DNA of 64,000 nt from Bacillota bacterium (GTDB taxonomy: Bacteria > Bacillota > UBA994 > UBA5500), in contig JBMNFA010000001.1 in assembly GCA_050949055.1 (NCBI GenBank), positions 11,116-75,115 on the forward strand. The letters are read 5' to 3'. Under the pieces are notes generated by a model that did no database searches, was not told the DNA's origin, and saw nothing but the letters and a program-made list of their open reading frames with translations. The first letter of the stretch is position 1; every line of letters begins with the position of its first letter. Positions 41,653-52,134 of the stretch are shown here, piece after piece. A program made the position numbers and the translations under genes.

Positions 41653-42534
41653 TTATATTTCGGCGCAGAGGCTGGCCATGTCTGCGGGGAGGGGGGAGCG
41701 CCAGGCCCAGAGCTCTCCGCTGCGACAGTGCTGCAACCGCAGGCTATGGCAATGCAGCGCCTGGCGGTCGATCAGCCGTTGTTCTCCTCCATATTGCCTA
41801 TCACCCAGCAGCGGGTGTCCTATCCAGGCCAGGTGCACCCGAATCTGATGGGTGCGCCCGGTGAGCAGCTCCGCCTCCACCAGCGTGTATTGATCAAACC
41901 TTTTCCTCACTCGCCAGGCCGTCTGGGCAGGCTTGCCGCCCGCATCCGCCTTGCGCGTCACCGGATTGTCTGGATTCACCGCTATGGGCACGTCAATCAC
42001 CCCCTGTTCCATGTCTGGCCGACCGTGCACCAGTGCCAAATAGCGCTTCTGCAGCCTAGCGCCACCTTGCGTGTACTGGTACTGCACCAAAGCATTCTTG
42101 GCCACCAAAACCAGCCCGGTGGTATCCCTGTCCAAGCGGGTGATCACCCGTACCGGGCCAGCAAAGCCGCACTGCCGCCAATGCCAGGCGATGGCATTGG
42201 CCAGGGTGCCACTAGGCTCAGGTGGAATGGGGTGAACGATCATTCCAGCTGGTTTCTCTACCACCAGCAGGTCCTGATCCTCATAGACAATTGACAAGGG
42301 CAACCGTTCGGGAACAACTCTTAGCTCTGCTGTTTCTTCCAGGTGCAAGGCGATCACGTCTCCGGCCTTCACCCGAGCCCGCACGGTTGCTGGCACACCG
42401 TTGATGGTGATCTGCCCCTGGAACTTCAGTGTATGCAGCAAGCGCCGGGAGATCCCCATCTTTCCCCGCAGCACATCCCGCAGCAGGAGCCCATCCTCCG
42501 CCAATGTCGCGGTTCTCTGCCAATGAAAAGCCAT
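41653..42534 (-). CDS. RluA-family pseudouridine synthase
   Basis: KPAGMIVHP, RLDRDTTG, TGRTHQIRVH, GDRQYG, QALH. Confidence 0.95.
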   Translation of the reverse strand: MAFHWQRTATLAEDGLLLRDVLRGKMGISRRLLHTLKFQGQITINGVPATVRARVKAGDVIALHLEETAELRVVPERLPLSIVYEDQDLLVVEKPAGMIVHPIPPEPSGTLANAIAWHWRQCGFAGPVRVITRLDRDTTGLVLVAKNALVQYQYTQGGARLQKRYLALVHGRPDMEQGVIDVPIAVNPDNPVTRKADAGGKPAQTAWRVRKRFDQYTLVEAELLTGRTHQIRVHLAWIGHPLLGDRQYGGEQRLIDRQALHCHSLRLQHCRSGELWAWRSPLPADMASLCAEI

Positions 42535-42688
42535 CTCCTCACCTCTTAGTTCAGCATACCTGGTGTGCAGCCAGCTGGCAACGACGGCTGCACACCAGAC
42601 CAACCGGATTGCGGGTGCAGTACATACATCGCTGCCGAAGTACAGAAAATAACGGGCGGGTAGATTTTGCACCTATCAAGGGAGGTGG

Positions 42689-44143
42689 ATGCCATTGCGG
42701 AGGAGGAAGGCGGGCAGCAGGCGCAGGTTGCGTTCGCAGAAATCCCCGGCAGCATTCTGGGTTAGCGACCTGTTGCCCTTTCTGGCAGGCGCTGCAGCTG
42801 GCAGCATGGGGCTGTTGCTCGGCAGCCGCCCCCTGCTGGCACACCTGGCACGCCGTTCGTTGCGCATCCTGATGACCGATCCCTATGATCAGAATTTGTT
42901 GGAGTTGTTTTCGGCCACCAAACGTTTTGGCGTTCAGACACTAGCCGAAACCGAACTCCGGTGCAGTCGTGGCACGGTGATCGCGCGGCCCCTTGGCTCT
43001 CCCAAGAGTTTCCCCAACTTCAGTCAGCTGATGTTTGACGTTGCCCAACTGCACAGGATGCCGCTGACGTTAGGATCGCCGATTGATTTCACTGTGACCA
43101 TCGGACCCCGCGCCAATCGGCCGCTGAGGCTGGCGATCCCGATCATGATTTCCGGCATGGCTTATGGCTGGGCGTTGAGTGAATCTGCAAAGCTGGCCTT
43201 GGCTCGGGGCGCTAGCATGGCCGGCACTGCCACCAACACCGGGCAGGGCGCTTGGCTGGACTCCGAGCGTAGAGCTGCGGACCTGCTGGTGTATCAGTAC
43301 CACCGGGGGCACTGGGGGAAGCGGATGGAGCATGTCCGGCAAGCGGATGCAGTGGAGATCCAGTTTGGCCAAGGTGCCTCGGCCGGTGTAGGAGCGATTT
43401 TGGAGGCCAAGCTGATGGACGAACATCTGCGGCGGATGTTTGAAGTGCAACCTGGGGAAGGTGCCAAAGCCCAATCGAGACAACAGGAGGTACAGCGCCC
43501 CCAGGACTTGACGGAGTTGGTCCGCAATCTGCGGCTGCAGTCTGGTGGCGTTCCCATCGGTGTAAAGCTTTGCCCGGGCAACCGTTTAGAGCAAGACTTG
43601 GACTACCTGTTGGCAGCCGATGTGGACTACATCGTGATTGACGGCGCTGAGGCGGCGACCAAAGGGTCACCCCCTGTGCTGGAAGACGACTTCGGCCTGC
43701 CCACTCTGTTTGCCCTGGTCAGAACGGTGCGCTATTTAGAACAACGGGGTGTGAAGGACAAGGTGAGTTTGGTCGTTTCTGGTGGATTGAAAAGCCCCGG
43801 CGATTATCTGAAAGCGCTGGCCTTGGGTGCCGACGCGGTGGCCATCGGAACAGCAGCTTTGTTTGCCATCTCCCATCCCCAGGTTATCAGAGCGATCCCG
43901 TTCGAGCCACCCACCCAACTGGTCTGGTACTCGGGATTATCGGCCAAGGATTTCGATTGGCAGCAAGGAGCCGAATCTCTGCGACGCTACCTGCAGGCCT
44001 GTGTGGACGAAATGGCGGAAGGTATACGAGCGTTGGGGAAACACGGGATCGCCGAGTTGAGCCCCGACGATCTATTTGCCTTGGACCAGACGACGGCGGA
44101 GATCTGCGGAGTGTCGTTAGGATATCAGCCTAAGGGGAAATAG
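42689..44143 (+). CDS. FMN-binding glutamate synthase family protein
   Basis: SGMAYG, NTGQG, EIQFGQGA, IDGAE, SGG, ALALGADAV. Confidence 0.88.
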   Translation: MPLRRRKAGSRRRLRSQKSPAAFWVSDLLPFLAGAAAGSMGLLLGSRPLLAHLARRSLRILMTDPYDQNLLELFSATKRFGVQTLAETELRCSRGTVIARPLGSPKSFPNFSQLMFDVAQLHRMPLTLGSPIDFTVTIGPRANRPLRLAIPIMISGMAYGWALSESAKLALARGASMAGTATNTGQGAWLDSERRAADLLVYQYHRGHWGKRMEHVRQADAVEIQFGQGASAGVGAILEAKLMDEHLRRMFEVQPGEGAKAQSRQQEVQRPQDLTELVRNLRLQSGGVPIGVKLCPGNRLEQDLDYLLAADVDYIVIDGAEAATKGSPPVLEDDFGLPTLFALVRTVRYLEQRGVKDKVSLVVSGGLKSPGDYLKALALGADAVAIGTAALFAISHPQVIRAIPFEPPTQLVWYSGLSAKDFDWQQGAESLRRYLQACVDEMAEGIRALGKHGIAELSPDDLFALDQTTAEICGVSLGYQPKGK

Positions 44144-44271
44144 GCAGTGCAATCGCAGCACACGCCACGCCTTGTGCAGAAATTAGCTTGCAGCAGTGCC
44201 TGTCCAATTGGCTCACTCGTGGCAATCCAATTGCATACATTGATATTGACATCTATGCAGGAGGGATAGCC

Positions 44272-44409
44272 ATGCACAATATGTTGTTGGCAAGAGGCAT
44301 TGTGGGGCAGCCGCCTTTGCAGTCGCTTAGTCTGGAGGAACAGGGTAACCTGTTTGAGCAATGGTTTCTACTTTTCTTCTACGGCAGTTGTAGCCCTTTG
44401 GAAGACTGA
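44272..44409 (+). CDS. Small hypothetical protein (45 aa)
   Basis: GGAGGG RBS before ATG 44272. No recognisable motif. Confidence 0.4.
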   Translation: MHNMLLARGIVGQPPLQSLSLEEQGNLFEQWFLLFFYGSCSPLED

Positions 44410-44534
44410 GTGTGCCCACCTAAGCTAATATTGTTCCATTGATCAGTGCTCTAGCGGAGCTTGAACTGAGTGCCTACATGCGGTATGCTCTATGTGCACA
44501 ACGCTGTGCAAATAGAGCTGGGAGGTGTTTCTGG

Positions 44535-44966
44535 ATGGAGATCCAAGAAATAATGGATATTCTGCCTCATCGTTACCCCTTTTTGTTGGTCGATCGCATC
44601 ACCGAACTGGATGCGGGTGTATCTGCCACTGGCATCAAGAATGTGACCATAAACGAGTCCTTTTTTGCGGGCCACTTCCCGGGCTACCCGGTGATGCCAG
44701 GAGTTTTGATCGTGGAGGCATTGGCACAGGTGGGCGCTGTAGCGCTGCTCAGTTTGCCAGAGAATCGGGGCAAAATCGGCCTTTTCGCCGGCATCGATAA
44801 GCTGCGCTTTCGTCGTCAGGTAAAGCCAGGCGACCAACTTAAGCTGCGTGTGGAGATCACCTACCAACGGGGTCCCATCGGCAAGGGGAAAGCGGTGGCC
44901 ACTGTGGAAGGGCAGGTGGCCGCCTCGGGCGAGCTGATGTTTGCCGTCAGCGATGTCAACAATTGA
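44535..44966 (+). CDS. fabZ: 3-hydroxyacyl-ACP dehydratase
   Basis: [30 protein letters not shown]. Confidence 0.97.
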   Translation: MEIQEIMDILPHRYPFLLVDRITELDAGVSATGIKNVTINESFFAGHFPGYPVMPGVLIVEALAQVGAVALLSLPENRGKIGLFAGIDKLRFRRQVKPGDQLKLRVEITYQRGPIGKGKAVATVEGQVAASGELMFAVSDVNN

Positions 44967-45086
44967 CCAGAACAATCGAAAAACACCGCCGCGAAAAAAC
45001 GGCGGTGTTTGCATATTCCGCGGAAAATTGGGAACAAGAAGGAAGAAGAGCGGACACGCGGTCCGCTCTGTAGGCAAAACGACGAG

Positions 45087-45311
45087 TTAGCCCTGGGTGC
45101 GGCTGGACAACGCCTGCTCGGCCATGGCGATCATCTTGCGAACCATGTGCCCACCGATAGCGCCGGTGTCACGAGTGGTCATTGTGCCCCAATAGCCATC
45201 AGCTGGAGTCTGAATTCCCAACTCCTGAGCCACTTCATACTTGAACTGGTCAAGAGCCTTCTTGGAATTCGGAACCACCGGGGTGTTGCTGGAACTGCTA
45301 CCTAGTGCCAC
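45087..45311 (-). CDS. Alpha/beta-type small acid-soluble spore protein
   Basis: ALDQFKYEVAQELGI..GAIGGHMVRKMI. GAGGAGGTG RBS. Confidence 0.93.
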   Translation of the reverse strand: MALGSSSSNTPVVPNSKKALDQFKYEVAQELGIQTPADGYWGTMTTRDTGAIGGHMVRKMIAMAEQALSSRTQG

Positions 45312-45457
45312 TTAGAATCACCTCCTCAAACGTTGCTATCTTCAGTATTTGTCGAAAGCGAAGGTCGAATACTGTCAGTGTTTGGTGCGATCGGGAGAGA
45401 GAGGTAATGACGTTTTGCCTGAACCGATTGAGGGCTTTGATTCTGCGATCAAGGCCC

Positions 45458-46723
45458 TCAATCATTTTTCGGCTTTATGGTCACCTTCACCCTCTCGATG
45501 CTGCGCCGATCCATTCTGTCCACAGCCAACTGCACCCGACCGATGGCAGTTGAGTCTCCCACCTTAGGGATCCGCCCCAGCTGATCATAGATCAGACCGC
45601 CGATGGTTTCGGCTCTATCCACCGGCAGCTGGATATCGAGCTGCTGATTCACTTCCTCCACCGTCAGCCGAGCATCGAAGAAGGTCGTGAACTCGTCCAA
45701 CACCTCCACTGGCGGGTCTTCCACATCGTATTCGTCCACGATTTCTCCCACGATTTCCTCAATCAGGTCTTCGATGGTCACCAGCCCAGCGGTGCCGCCA
45801 TACTCATCGATGATGATGGCCATATAAACACGATGCTTCTGCAACTCCCGCAACACCAAGCCGCTGCGTTTGCTTTCAAACACAAATATGGTTGGCCGCA
45901 GGTGTTTGCTCAACTCAAATGTCAGCCGCTCGTCGTCAGTCAGGGCGCAAACGTCCTTAACATGCAGCAGACCAATGATGTTATCTATATCCCCGTCATA
46001 AACCGGCAATCGCGAGTAGCCTTCGCGCCGAATCACATCCAGTAGCCCCTGGTGCGATATTTTGACGTCGATGGCGGTGATCGCAGTGCGGGGCACCATC
46101 ACATTTCGCACCGGAGTATCGGTCAGCTCCAAGACACTGCGAATCATCTTGCTCTCGGTGCCCTCGATCACGCCCAGTTCTTCACCCACGTTCACCAGGG
46201 TGCGGATTTCGTCTTCTGTCACGTCATTGTCCATGCGAGCGGGGACTCCCAGCATGCGCATCAATGAGCTGGAGAGCAGCGTCAATAGCCAGACGGCCGG
46301 GAAAAGCAAGCGCGTCAGCCAGCGCACAAAGGGAGCAACTCGGCAAGACAACAGCTCTGGGTTGAGTGCAGCCACGCTTTTGGGGGCGATTTCTCCGAAC
46401 ACCAGGATGATCACGGTCAGTACGCCGGTAGCGATTGTGATGGCACCGCCTGTACCCACCAGTTCAATCATCATCGCGGTGAACAAGGCCGAGGCGGCTA
46501 TGTTAGCGATGTTGTTGCCCACCAGGATAGTTGCCAGCAGCCGCTGTGGCCGGCTGATCAACTCTTGCACCGCAAATGCCCTTTTCTCACCGCTTTCCAC
46601 CATCGTGCGCAGGCGGATCCGATTCACTCCCGTCAGCGCTGTCTCAGCAGCGGAGAAAAAGGCAGAGGCGATGATCAGGCCGGCTAGGACAACCCAATCC
46701 CAGATGGATGTCATCTTGCTCAC
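45458..46723 (-). CDS. CNNM/CBS/CorC-domain (hemolysin-family) protein
   Basis: FFSAAETA, GEIAPK, MVPR, YSRLPV, DEYGGTAG. Confidence 0.93.
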   Translation of the reverse strand: MSKMTSIWDWVVLAGLIIASAFFSAAETALTGVNRIRLRTMVESGEKRAFAVQELISRPQRLLATILVGNNIANIAASALFTAMMIELVGTGGAITIATGVLTVIILVFGEIAPKSVAALNPELLSCRVAPFVRWLTRLLFPAVWLLTLLSSSLMRMLGVPARMDNDVTEDEIRTLVNVGEELGVIEGTESKMIRSVLELTDTPVRNVMVPRTAITAIDVKISHQGLLDVIRREGYSRLPVYDGDIDNIIGLLHVKDVCALTDDERLTFELSKHLRPTIFVFESKRSGLVLRELQKHRVYMAIIIDEYGGTAGLVTIEDLIEEIVGEIVDEYDVEDPPVEVLDEFTTFFDARLTVEEVNQQLDIQLPVDRAETIGGLIYDQLGRIPKVGDSTAIGRVQLAVDRMDRRSIERVKVTIKPKND

Positions 46724-47000
46724 CCCCTATCGACCGCTTCTTCTGGCTATTATCTGCAATCATGACGGAACGAATTCCCTCTGTCCAAATGCGACAAGCC
46801 TGTCGCCGGCAGTTGCGCCATGGAAATGCGAGGTTGCGTGCCCACGCAGGAACTGCGGTGGCTCTCCAGCCAGATTTGGTGGAGCGAAAGGCTTCGTCGG
46901 CTGATGAGAATGCTGGCAAGATTTTGCTAGCCAAAGCAGGTTCCTGCATGGTTCAAGAAAGACCGACGGTATACGATGGGATCACACAACGCGCTATGGC

Positions 47001-48629
47001 TTGAATGGAGGGTTAGCCGTGTTCTTCCGTCTAGGGATGACAAATAGCTTGAGACAGTTGGGACGCAGTCTGCTGGTACTGCTCGGCATGGTACTGGCCG
47101 CCATGAGTCTCACATCTGCCTTGTCCTTTGGCCAGGGCAAGATGAGTACCAGTTACCAGTTCTATCGCGACTTCCTGGGAGGAGAGATCCTGGTATCACC
47201 GGTGAAGTGGGTGGGTCAGCAATCACAGGATGTCCGTAACGACCGTCCTTTGGTCCATCGTCAGCTGCCTGCCACTGGCCTCAGTCGCTTGGAGCTGTTT
47301 TATCCAGAGCTCTATCGGCAGGGATACTTGACCAACCTAGGGGTCACAGCACGCCAGACTTTTTCGGAAGCTGAAGTGGCTGAGTTGCTGCAACATCCAG
47401 GTGTGAGCGGCGTTACCATCCATCCTCAGATACCAGTTGATATGACCAACCTTGCGCTGCCCCACGACCACTACTCCGCCTTTACCCTCTTGCCACTGCC
47501 TGCGGATGGATTGCAGGATGCAATTGACCCGGCTACCTACCGGATACAGCCTTTTGATCCGGCTGGTTATCCTGGACAAGGCTTACCATTAGTCTGGATC
47601 AACTTCTACCCCACCTTCCCGGAAGAAGTGATAGAAGCACGTATCCAGTCCATTGCCGACGAGCAGCTGCATTACAATCGCGACAGCGCAGTGCCTCCCA
47701 GCGACGATCAATTGAAGCGAATGAGGCGGGCAGTGGTCTGGAAGCAGTTGGTGGAAGAGGCCTGCCTGCCCCAGCCAGGGGAGCTAGCCGAGCTGCTACT
47801 GCCCCGCATGCGCCTGGACCCAAATGGGGATTACGTACCTGACTATTGTGACCCAATTCGGTTGCAGGTCGAGATAGCAGGCTATGTCACCATGCCTACC
47901 AGGGCAATCAGCTGGGAGCATAGCTTTGGTACATCCACCGAACAGAGCTGTCTACATGCCTCGCATATCTACATGACCAAAGAAGCCTGGCACGAAACAT
48001 GGAAACAGGTGGCTGGGACGGATAGCCCGCCGTTATGCAATGTTACCCTGCAGGTGGCCGACATGGGCCAACTAGAGCCTATTGTGGCGTCGCTGCAAGC
48101 GAGCTTCCCCGACTATTCTTTCATAGACGTGGCTAGCTTCGCCGAACGCATGGAGTTGACGTCGCGGCTCGACTACTTCTACATTGCGCCGCCTTACACC
48201 TATTCTCCGGACCGGGATGCCACGCTGGCAGTGCCCGCAGAACTGGGACCGATTATTGGAGTTCTCTTCCTGCTGATCGCTGGAATGTTGATCGCCAGCC
48301 GCATGCTCACCGGGGCAGCTGCCAGAAGGGAGGAGATTGGCATTTTGAAGACATTAGGCGCCCGCAGACGGGACATAGCGCTGATGGCCATGACGGAGGC
48401 GGTGGTGATCGCGCTACTGGGCTCCAGCGGCGGATTTCTGTTGGTGCGCTTGGGTGGCGTGGCCATCGAAGTCAGCAACGCTGTGCCCTGGCCGGAGATC
48501 CTGCAACGTACTGTCACTGAGGGGGTGACGGTGGTGGGACTGGCGACCTTGGTCTCACTGCTGTTTGCTCTGCTACCAGCGATCCGTTTGTCCAGCCTAA
48601 CAGTGATGGGGGTGCTGCGTGGTGAGTAA
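47001..48629 (+). CDS. FtsX/MacB-like ABC permease
   Basis: N-terminal TM, large extracytoplasmic domain, RREEIGILKTLGA, LPA..S.L.V..VLRGE. Confidence 0.88.
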   Translation: MNGGLAVFFRLGMTNSLRQLGRSLLVLLGMVLAAMSLTSALSFGQGKMSTSYQFYRDFLGGEILVSPVKWVGQQSQDVRNDRPLVHRQLPATGLSRLELFYPELYRQGYLTNLGVTARQTFSEAEVAELLQHPGVSGVTIHPQIPVDMTNLALPHDHYSAFTLLPLPADGLQDAIDPATYRIQPFDPAGYPGQGLPLVWINFYPTFPEEVIEARIQSIADEQLHYNRDSAVPPSDDQLKRMRRAVVWKQLVEEACLPQPGELAELLLPRMRLDPNGDYVPDYCDPIRLQVEIAGYVTMPTRAISWEHSFGTSTEQSCLHASHIYMTKEAWHETWKQVAGTDSPPLCNVTLQVADMGQLEPIVASLQASFPDYSFIDVASFAERMELTSRLDYFYIAPPYTYSPDRDATLAVPAELGPIIGVLFLLIAGMLIASRMLTGAAARREEIGILKTLGARRRDIALMAMTEAVVIALLGSSGGFLLVRLGGVAIEVSNAVPWPEILQRTVTEGVTVVGLATLVSLLFALLPAIRLSSLTVMGVLRGE

Positions 48630-49956
48630 CTTGCTGCGATTAGTCGTTAGGCGGTGGATCGTCAATCGCAAGGCACAGATAGCCAGCATTTTGATCACTG
48701 CCGCTGTGCTGACCGCTTGGATGCTGTTTTGGGGTTATGCGGAGGCAACCAGCCAGGCAACCGTAGGACGCATCGTGGTGCCTGAAGAGCCGACAGACTT
48801 GATCGTGCTTGCTCCAGACGGGGAAGCAAGCTTCAGCGAGCCGCGCTCTGTAGGCAGGGTTGGTGCCTTTCGGAAGATGCTAGTGGATACCTCCTATGGG
48901 TCACTGGATTTGGGTGCAATCACCTATTACAGTGACGGCGAGCTGCTGCCACAGGCTGCCATGGCAGAGGTGTGGGTGAGCGACCAATTGGCTGAACACT
49001 GGCAACTGCGCGTCGGCGATACTTTTCCGCTGCGGTTCCGGCAAGAATTTGAGTTCACTCTGCTGACCGCACATGTGGGCGGCGTCTATCCGGCTTCCTC
49101 CTTCTTGCCTGATGTACTGGTGGATGGCGGTTGGTTAATCGCACAGGGAGTGGAACTACCTGCCGAATCCTATCTCTTCTACAAACAGCTGGAAGCGGGA
49201 GAAATGTGGGAACACTGGCTACACCACCTGACAGCGGGGAATACCAGAGTGACTAGCAACACTATCCTGGCTGAGGCGCAGGAAGTGGTAAAGAGCACCT
49301 TGAGCGGCGGCGGTTCTGCCATTGCCCTCCTATTCATGCTGATGGTGCTGGGAGTTGGCACTTTCTCTATGCTCAGCTACATGGATTCGCGCAAAGAGCT
49401 GGCGATTCTGAAGAGCATGGGGCTCCGACCCAAGGAAGCCGGGGCGATTTTCTGGCTGGAGAGTCTGGTCTCGGTGTCGCTGGGCTGGTTGTTGGCTGCA
49501 TTTACCGCCAACCTGCTGGCGCGGGTGTTTCCATTCCAGGTGCTGCTCACCGCCTCGGTTTATGTCCGTAGCCTCTGCGGTGTGCTGGCCGCACTGCTGG
49601 CAGCGACCATTATTCCCAGCCTGCTGGGACAAAAGGCAGGAGTGCTGGAGCTGATGTTCAACCGTCCGGTGGCCATGTTCCGCAGCCACCTGCGAGAACT
49701 GAAGCGTAGGCACCCCGCATTGGAGGAGAAGGTGGCGGCTGGTTATCGTTGTATCAAGTTGCCTACTCCGGAAGGGCGTTTTGCGGGCATCTGCCTGCGT
49801 CGGGCCGGACAAATGGTCAAGGAGAACGAGACGGTGGCTTGGGAAAGCCATACTTGGGGCATGGGCGAACGGCACTATCTGGCACCTTGTGATGGCGAAG
49901 TGGTGGAATGCGACTTGACCAGCGGGTTGATCGTGATCAAACCGGCAAGCCGTTAG
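48619..49956 (+). CDS. FtsX-like ABC permease with an extra C-terminal domain
   Basis: RKELAILKSMG, TMs, and a ~90-aa soluble tail. Confidence 0.85.
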   Translation: MVSNLLRLVVRRWIVNRKAQIASILITAAVLTAWMLFWGYAEATSQATVGRIVVPEEPTDLIVLAPDGEASFSEPRSVGRVGAFRKMLVDTSYGSLDLGAITYYSDGELLPQAAMAEVWVSDQLAEHWQLRVGDTFPLRFRQEFEFTLLTAHVGGVYPASSFLPDVLVDGGWLIAQGVELPAESYLFYKQLEAGEMWEHWLHHLTAGNTRVTSNTILAEAQEVVKSTLSGGGSAIALLFMLMVLGVGTFSMLSYMDSRKELAILKSMGLRPKEAGAIFWLESLVSVSLGWLLAAFTANLLARVFPFQVLLTASVYVRSLCGVLAALLAATIIPSLLGQKAGVLELMFNRPVAMFRSHLRELKRRHPALEEKVAAGYRCIKLPTPEGRFAGICLRRAGQMVKENETVAWESHTWGMGERHYLAPCDGEVVECDLTSGLIVIKPASR

Positions 49957-49984
49957 CTTGTTGGTACGCATTCCCCTTGCTTTA

Positions 49985-50136
49985 TGCTAGCGGTTAGGCT
50001 GACCGTCTTTTCCCGTACCCTGGCTGAGTACGGCCAAGTGGCTGGTTTGGCGATTTTGGTTAGCCTGTTGTTCAGCCTGCTACCGGCTCTGCGAATGTCC
50101 AATCTTACAGTGATGGGAGTGTTGCACGGTGAGTAA
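49985..50136 (+). pseudogene. 3' remnant of a paralog of the first permease
   Basis: ..CTGCTACCGGCT..ACAGTGATGGGAGTGTTGCACGGTGAGTAA mirrors 48570-48629. Confidence 0.7.
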
Positions 50137-50803
50137 CGTATTGCTGAAGACAATGAACCTACACAAGGCTTTTCACCTTGGCGAGACGATTTATGCCGTG
50201 AACGACGTCAATCTGCAGATCGAGAGGGGTAGCTTAAATATTATCGTCGGGCCGTCCGGCAGCGGCAAGAGCACGCTGCTCAGCCTATTGGGAGGGTTGG
50301 ACCGGCCGATGAGCGGCGATGTAGTGTTGGAAGGGGAGTCCTATAAGCAGCTGAGCGAGGACGGATTGGCCCTGCTCAGACGCCAGAAGCTGGGCTATGT
50401 TTTCCAGTTCTTCAACCTGATTCCCCACCTGACCGCTCTGGAGAACGTCACTCTACCGATGCAGTTCATCAAAGTGCCCCGTAAACAGGCGCGCGAACGG
50501 GGAGAAGCTTTACTGGAAAAGGTAGGCTTGGCCAAGCGGATGCATCACCTGCCGTTGCAGCTCTCTGGCGGTGAACAGCAGCGGGTGGCCATCGCCCGGG
50601 CGTTGGCCAATCAGCCGGCCATGGTGCTAGCCGATGAGCCCACCGGCAATCTGGACTCACATACTCGTGATGGCATTGTGGATCTCTTCAAGCGCCTCAA
50701 TGAAGAGGATGGTCAGACATTCATCATGATCACCCATGACGAGAACATGTTGCAGCAGGCCAACAAAGTCTTTCATATGCTGGACGGCAAGCTGGTGGGG
50801 TAG
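50129..50803 (+). CDS. LolD/MacB-type ABC ATPase, copy 1
   Basis: GPSGSGKST, FQFFNL, LSGGEQQR, ADEPTGNLD. Confidence 0.95.
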   Translation: MSNVLLKTMNLHKAFHLGETIYAVNDVNLQIERGSLNIIVGPSGSGKSTLLSLLGGLDRPMSGDVVLEGESYKQLSEDGLALLRRQKLGYVFQFFNLIPHLTALENVTLPMQFIKVPRKQARERGEALLEKVGLAKRMHHLPLQLSGGEQQRVAIARALANQPAMVLADEPTGNLDSHTRDGIVDLFKRLNEEDGQTFIMITHDENMLQQANKVFHMLDGKLVG

Positions 50804-50829
50804 CATGAAATGAGGTGCTTACTCACACT

Positions 50830-51075
50830 GTCTAGCCGTCGCAGGCTGACCGATTATAAGTCCCATCTGGCCTCGATTGTGATCGCAACAGCGGTGGTCA
50901 CCGCTTGGTTATTCGATTGGGGTTAGCACCGGTCAGAGTGTACTGGCGAGGGAGACGATTGCCTGGGAGAGCTACGGCTGGGGCATAGGAGAGCGTGAAT
51001 GTCCATCCCCGTGCGACGGCGAAGTGGTTGAGGCCAATTTGGAGCGGGGGTTGGTGGTAATCTAGCCCGACTAAC
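50830..51075 (+). pseudogene. Internally deleted remnant of a paralog of the second permease
   Basis: Encodes both an N-terminal-like (..ASIVIATAVVTAW) and a C-terminal-like (ETIAWESYGWG..PCDGEVV) segment of 48619-49956. Confidence 0.65.
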
Positions 51076-51292
51076 GGCGGATGCCCAGGCAGGAGTCCGG
51101 CCAATCAGGTGCGCGACCTTTGCTTGCCAGCGTAGTAGGTCGAGGCTCAACGACTAAGCTAAATTGTGCTAACAGAACAGCATTCTCTCTCGTCATTTCA
51201 ATTGCTGGCGCTTACAATGAAAGAAAGTGCATATGCCTGTCATGCGGAGATGGTGGCCGGTTCTGCCAACCTTACAGCGATAGGAGAGTTGC

Positions 51293-51970
51293 GTGATGAG
51301 TGACGTATTGCTGAAGACAGTCAATTTACACAAGGCTTTTCACCTTGGCGAGACGATTTATGCGGTGAACGACGTCAATCTGCAGATCGAGAGGGGTAGC
51401 CTAAATATCATCGTCGGGCCGTCCGGCAGCGGCAAGAGCACGCTGCTCAGCCTGCTGGGAGGATTGGACCGGCCGATGAGCGGCGATGTGGTGCTGGAAG
51501 GGCAGTCCTATAAGCAGTTGAGCGAGGATGGATTGGCCCTGCTCAGACGCCAGAAGCTGGGCTATGTTTTCCAGTTCTTCAACCTGATTCCCCACCTGAC
51601 CGCTCTGGAGAACGTCACTCTGCCCATGCAATTCATCAAAGTGCCCCGGAAACAGGCGCGCGAACGGGGAGAAGTTTTACTGGAGAAGGTAGGGCTGGCC
51701 AAGCGGATGCATCACCTGCCGTTGCAGCTCTCTGGCGGTGAACAGCAGCGGGTGGCCATCGCCCGGGCGTTGGCCAATCAGCCGGCCATGGTGTTGGCTG
51801 ATGAGCCCACCGGAAATCTGGACTCACACACGCGCGATGGCATTGTGGATCTCTTCAAGCGCCTGAATGAAGAGGATGGTCAGACATTCATCATGATCAC
51901 CCACGACGAGAACATGTTGCAGCATGCCAACCGAGTCTTTCATATGCTGGACGGCAAGCTGGTGGGATAG
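51293..51970 (+). CDS. LolD/MacB-type ABC ATPase, copy 2
   Basis: Nearly identical protein to 50129-50803. Confidence 0.95.
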   Translation: MMSDVLLKTVNLHKAFHLGETIYAVNDVNLQIERGSLNIIVGPSGSGKSTLLSLLGGLDRPMSGDVVLEGQSYKQLSEDGLALLRRQKLGYVFQFFNLIPHLTALENVTLPMQFIKVPRKQARERGEVLLEKVGLAKRMHHLPLQLSGGEQQRVAIARALANQPAMVLADEPTGNLDSHTRDGIVDLFKRLNEEDGQTFIMITHDENMLQHANRVFHMLDGKLVG

Positions 51971-51987
51971 CCACGCAAACTGCAAAT

Positions 51988-52054
51988 GGACATGGGGACG
52001 GTTCTCGCTGTCCGGCCAACTGGTTGGTGGAAAGCGCGAACCATCCCCATGTTC
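51988..52054. repeat. REP-like doublet (degenerate)
   Basis: GGACATGGGGACGGTTC..GAACCATCCCCATGTTC. Confidence 0.7.
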
Positions 52055-52134
52055 ACTCGGCCGTGAACGGCTACCAAATAAAACCGGGGGCGAAAAGCTG
52101 CTTTCGTCCCCGGTTTGATTGTTCCATTTCTGCA

